A stretch of DNA of 64,000 nt from the human T2T-CHM13v2.0 reference genome, Homo sapiens. Positions within the stretch are counted from its first letter, which is position 1, and every line of letters starts with the position of its first letter. The stretch is taken from the NCBI RefSeq assembly GCF_009914755.1, contig NC_060929.1, one strand, 5' to 3'. The position numbers were made by a program, and so were the translations under genes. Shown piece after piece: positions 57,626 to 64,000 of the stretch. The notes beneath the pieces were generated by a model. The model was given only the letters and a program-made list of their open reading frames with translations. It made no database searches and had not been told where the DNA came from.

Positions 57626-59348
57626 TGAGTTGGAAGGAGCTCTGCACTGAGGGGAGTGCAGGAAGAAAGGGGGTGATGGCAAAATTGCTTAGTGGTCAAC
57701 AGCAGGGACCCCAGAATCACACACACCAGAGTTTACCAACTTTGTGGCCTCTTATAAACTCTTGACTTCTCTGGGCCTCTGTTTCCTCATCTTTGTGCCC
57801 TCAGTGAATATTTGTGAAAATTATGAGACAGTGGATGTAAACATAGCAATGATGAGTACATGGAAGAACTCAATACATGGAAAAGGTTATTGTTATTTAC
57901 AGAAAGGTTATTGTTAATGACTGTTATATACTCTTGACTCTGTAGGGACCTCTGTGGCATGTGTAGAGGATGTACAATAAACATTTGAGAGATGCTGCAT
58001 TGTAGCTAATGGGAAAATATTAAAACCTGCAGTCCTGATCCTGCTGCTGACTAAGCCTGGACTCATCTCACATATTTTCCTGAGTCTCAGTTTCTTTTTT
58101 CTTAAGCAGTTGTGGCAATATTTATGACAACCCACTAGGATGACCCATGAAAAATGGCCATCTAAACTATAAAGGGAGTGCAGATGTCCACTATTTTTAT
58201 TTTTACATTATGAGACTTGGACTGTTTTTGAGACATGGAGGAGCATTTGTCTGGTTTTTACCTGCTGCTTTTCCACATGTCCTCTTATGACAACAGAATG
58301 CATCTACTAGCACCTGGCTGGAGGCAAGTGTATGGCTGTGAGGTGGAGCAAGGTTGAGTAGCCAGCACATGGATCACACCCTTGCCCTTGGCTTTCTTAG
58401 CCTTGTAGGCTGAAATTGCCCTTTTGCCTGTGGGATGCATGGCAAACACAGCCTCGTCAAGGCTTCATCTCATAGTACTCTTGTACTCTTCTCTGAGTCT
58501 CTCTGACTTTTCCAGAAAACCCCCTTTCTTCTGTACAGCCTCTGTTTTCTCATTTATCACACATAGAATTCTTGGCTTGAAAGCCCTTCTTCCCTGACAG
58601 AATGTGAACTCCTTGGGGTCAGAGGCCTAGTTGCAGTCAATTTTCTTTTACTTACCCCCATTAGGTCCCAGTTTCCTTGACTGAGGATAATAACAGTGTC
58701 TGCTTCATATGTTTGTTATGAGGCTTAAATGAAATGAACCAAGACATATAAAACACTTGGTTTCACTCCTGGTGCGGAGTAAGATAAATGTTATCTTCTG
58801 TAATGCCTACCTCTAGTCATTCATTTTAACATGCCACTCATTTATGTGTGTATCACTCTGCTATGTATTCTATATGCATTATTCCATATTATCTGCTCAG
58901 GTATTCTAGGAAGTAGGGATGATGATTGTCTTCAGTTTACTAATGAAAAAAAAAATGAGACACAAAGAGGCAAAATAGTGTATTCAAGATAGCATAGACC
59001 TGTGAATGGCAAAACAGGGTCCAGATCCCAGCACACTCTTACTTAGTGCCTTTGCCATTAAATTCCTCTTTAAGCTAGAGTCCTTATTTTGCTGGTGAGC
59101 AGATATTATGGTCTCAAAAAAAGGATGAATTAAAATGTACTGTCTGGGAATTTTCAATTCCGTTTTTATTTTGCCATTAATGAGGTTCACAGAGCTTTCA
59201 CCTGGTGGATCAACCCCCTTTCTATTAATGTGTCTTTGAATTCTTACCTGTATTGTGGAAAAACAGTCCTGCCTCACCAGCCAATGTCTATTGCTTCTCT
59301 GATGATTTTCTTCACTCTTTATGACTCTCCCCACTTCACAGTGTCTAA

Positions 59349-59699
<351 letters not shown>

Positions 59700-59715
59700 T
59701 GATATGGACAGTTAG

Positions 59716-59871
<156 letters not shown>

Positions 59872-61009
59872 TGATTGTATTCTTACACTAGTGACAGAAC
59901 TCTCCATGTGGGTGGCTTCAGGGGAAAAACAAGGTATTGAAGGACATGGGGAAACTTTTCTTCCAACAGTAGGATACACTCTCCCGAGTTGCCTTGAGGA
60001 ATCTTTATTGGGAAATCCAGGGGAGTGACTTGGTTCAATGGCACTGAATGTTGGGTGCCAGAAAACAATGGTTATGCTCAATCTCTGGAAATAGATGAGC
60101 CTGGGTGTAAATCCCAGCTCTCCCACATGCCAACTTTATGTGATAATATAAAAGTGACATAGTTCTCAGGGCTGTTATGAGCATTCAAGGTGATAATATT
60201 TAAAACTTACTCAACAGTCTCTTACACATAGTACACAACAATTAAACCAAAGCATATAAAACAAAGTTCAATAAATGGTAATTATTATTTTTGTTGTCAT
60301 ATGTTGATATATATGTATATGCATATATATGTATGTATGTATGTGAGCATATATATGTGTGCATATGTATATATACATATATATATAGTAGTATGATCTG
60401 TTAGTACTACCCACAGATCATTGTTAGAAATAAAAAGTATTCTTGGTTTCTGCTGCTTGGAGAGCATTATGTATTAAAGACGGGAAAGGGAAAGACATCA
60501 GGGCTTACATTTTAAGTGAAATAAGCAGAAAACAATGCAAATGTCAGATGTATTATTGCATCCACATGGTAGTGGAGAATAGAAAGCGTCTGAAGTGCAA
60601 ATCTAATTAAAGCAACCCTTCTCTCCAGCCTTATGAATTGGGACAAGTGTTTCCCAATGGTCCTGGAGATCTTGTTTCCTTGATACAGCTAGAAATTCTG
60701 AGATTAAACATCTTTATATGGTAGCTCTGTGTTTTGAGGGATTATAGGAAATATTGACCCATCCCTTAGGAGGGAGGAAAATCAAGTTTTATTTAATTGC
60801 CTCTACCTGGAGAAGCAGTGGCAGAATTTCCAGATGCCGTAAATGTATACCACTGACCCATCTACCTCGTTCAGCAATGGCAGAGTAACTCCCCAAGACA
60901 CCACTTTAATAAAGTCTATAGCCTTTTGGTAGCTTGGAGAAGTCATGGAAGAGATGAGGCTTTTGTTGTCTTCCTCTTGCATTCTTTTTTCTTTTTTTTT
61001 TTTTAAAAA

Positions 61010-61548
61010 AGTTTGTTATTTAAATATGATATACATATGATGAAATAGATACAGAGCAGTTATCTTAAGAGTATAGCATAATGGATTTTTACACACGTAA
61101 ACACCATGTGTACTCACCACCCAGAAGAGGATACAGACCACTTTTAGCATTATAGTAGATTCCCTCATACCCCTTCTCAGCCAGTAGTCCCCCGGGGTAA
61201 TCACTGTCCTGACAACCATCATTGTAGATGGGTTTTTGCCTACTCTCAAATTTCATAAGAATGGAATAGTGAAGAGTGTACTTTCTGTGCCTGATGTATT
61301 TTACTGCATATAATGCTTGTGAGAATCATCCTCATTTCTGCCTGTGGAAGTAGTTTGCACTTTAGTCCAGCTGTGTAGTATTCTCTAGTGTGAACATGCC
61401 ACCATCTGTGCATCCATTCTGCTGTTGATGGGCAGTTGGGTTCCTCCAACTTCTGGCTCTCGTGAGTAAAACTACTCTAGACGTTTTGAGCATGACATGT
61501 GGTGGATGTGTGCTCTCATTCTCTTATAGATAGTTAGGAGTGGGATTG
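61010..61548 (-). mobile_element. Old L1ME-like fragment ending ~60 nt upstream of exon 20
   Basis: accacccagaagaggatacagaccacttttagcat; catccattctgctgttgatgggcagttggg; aggagtgggattgctgg. Confidence 0.75.
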
Positions 61549-61584
61549 CTGGTTCACCTGTACTTTGTCTTGTTTCTGAAGTAG

Positions 61585-61737
<153 letters not shown>

Positions 61738-62707
61738 TAATGTATGTCTTACTGTGAAAATACTGAGAACTCATGGCCCTCATGGCCCTCATGGCCTTTT
61801 TCATGAATTCTTTGGAGGTGTTGTAATGTTTGGCAACAAGACCAATAATGAGCTGCTATTTCCTTTTGCTTCTTGCCAGTTCATTTGAAAGCATGAGGCA
61901 TTGTGGGTGAAAGGGGAATTTTAAATGCTGATGTCAGATTGACACTGGCTGAAGGTACATGAGGCTGGATATTGTGAATGATTGCTTCTGCTTTCTATGA
62001 ATGTTGGGAGCTAGTCCCTGGCTAGGTTGTAAAGCACCAAAAATGTTTCTTAGCTTTCCTTTCACCTTCTTCTCCCCATTTCCTCCAACTCACTAATCAT
62101 TACATTTCTCCTACCCACCCAGAACTTTTCATGATGCTGTACCATCCAGATCTTCCTTCTTTTAGTCCTCCCCTATGGTCTTTTTGTCCTCTCCCTATCT
62201 CGACTCAGATTTTCTCAGTGTTATGTCAAAATAAACACAAGAAACATCTGCATTAGGGAATCAGTGCCCAACAAAGTTTTTAAGTGTTAACCCCTTGTGT
62301 CATGGATATTTGCATTTTTAAAGAGGTTACTGAGAGACAACTGTGGCTTAATCAAGTGCTTCCCCAGAGAGTACCCTAGAATGCTAGCTCTCAGAAAAGA
62401 TGTTTCATGACAAATATATACTTTGATTAATTAATTTAGGGAAGTGTTGAATGTTGCATGACCCTTTTAGAGATTCACAATGTACATAAGTATATTAAAG
62501 ATTCTAAAAAGTTTTGCAATAAGAAAGTCTAATAATGATAACCTGACATTTCTCAAAACCTATTTGACCATGAAATCCTTTTCATCTTATAACACCCCAC
62601 AGCACACTTCATGAAACATTTTCTTTGGGAAGATGCTACCTTAATAAAGAGAACTCATTATGTATTAGTGAGCTAATTCCTGGGCAAAGGATTTTAATGG
62701 GGGTTGA

Positions 62708-62881
<174 letters not shown>

Positions 62882-63168
62882 TAAGTAATTGTGCACATGG
62901 GAACTTCTTCTCTACCACCCTCTTGCCCTGCCAGGATGCCTAGGGCACAGGAACTTGAGTAATTTTCTTTTGTGACTCATCTGTGTGAGCTCTCCATTCT
63001 CTAACAAAATCTAACCTATGCTTGGGTTATTTGGATATCATTAAAAATGTGGAATACCCATAGGTTTGGATGAATGCCTTATGGTTGCAGTGGTACCTGG
63101 AAGTGCTCATTCATCCATTCAGCTAGCGTGCTCTCATTTCTTGAGTGGACACCAGGACTTAAAGGCTA

Positions 63169-63486
<318 letters not shown>

Positions 63487-64000
63487 AGCGGGGGAGCTAC
63501 ACAGAAGAAAGTGCACATGCCAAGTAGCTCAGTCTGGTTTGGGTGTAGGGAGAGGGTGAGAGATAGGAGATGATGCCACAGGGAGTTTGGTGGGGACCAG
63601 TTTGTGAAGGGGCCTTGAAAGTCAGGCCAAGTAATTTGAAGTCTGCCCTATGGTAAAGAAGAAACATAGAAAGTTCCTAAGCAAACTTAGAGTTCTGTGA
63701 TATTACAAGAGCATGTTCTATAGAAAGAAAAAGTTGAAAAAAAAGACATTATTGCCACCATTATTCCCCATTATTCCCACTTGTAGCCTGATTGTGACTA
63801 GTTCTCCTAGTCAAAAGATTTTTTTTTCCTCCCTATCTTTTTCTTTGCTGGCTTTTTATGAGCAGGAAATACTTATTAATTCCCTGTAATAAATATAATT
63901 TTTATGCAGAGTTATCTTTATGCTTACAAATGAGTAAGTGAGCTTGGCTCTACTACCACCTTTAACCTTTGATTGAATGCCTTATAATTTACTGAGCAAA

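Overview
Primate (human or near-human) genomic DNA lying entirely inside the DOCK2 gene on the + strand. DOCK2 is the haematopoietic Rac guanine-nucleotide exchange factor. The window opens in intron 2 and contains 19 consecutive coding exons (exons 3-21, 2005 nt spliced, about residues 43-711). These encode the C-terminal SH3 part, the ELMO-binding helical region, the DHR-1/C2 lipid-binding domain and the start of the armadillo-like region. Every junction is GT-AG and the exon phases join into one open frame. Exon numbering and the protein match rest on my recall of human DOCK2. The introns are full of transposons: many Alus, a full-length THE1/MaLR provirus with a 5-bp target-site duplication (TSD), solo MaLR/ERV LTRs, a three-level nested LTR-LTR-Alu insertion, L1, L2, MIR and DNA-transposon fragments, and a 32-bp x15 VNTR. 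The short ORFs in the track are spurious or repeat-derived except where they overlap exons. I found no convincing new gene system. The most interesting unexplained items are an old ~320-bp direct duplication in intron 2 that keeps an ETS/PU.1 core, unusual splice acceptors (GAG at exon 16; in-frame tandem AG at exon 20), two sense-oriented LTRs that appear to have lost their polyA signals, and lymphoid transcription-factor motif clusters. Repeat subfamily names come from memory of consensus sequences and need RepeatMasker/Dfam confirmation.
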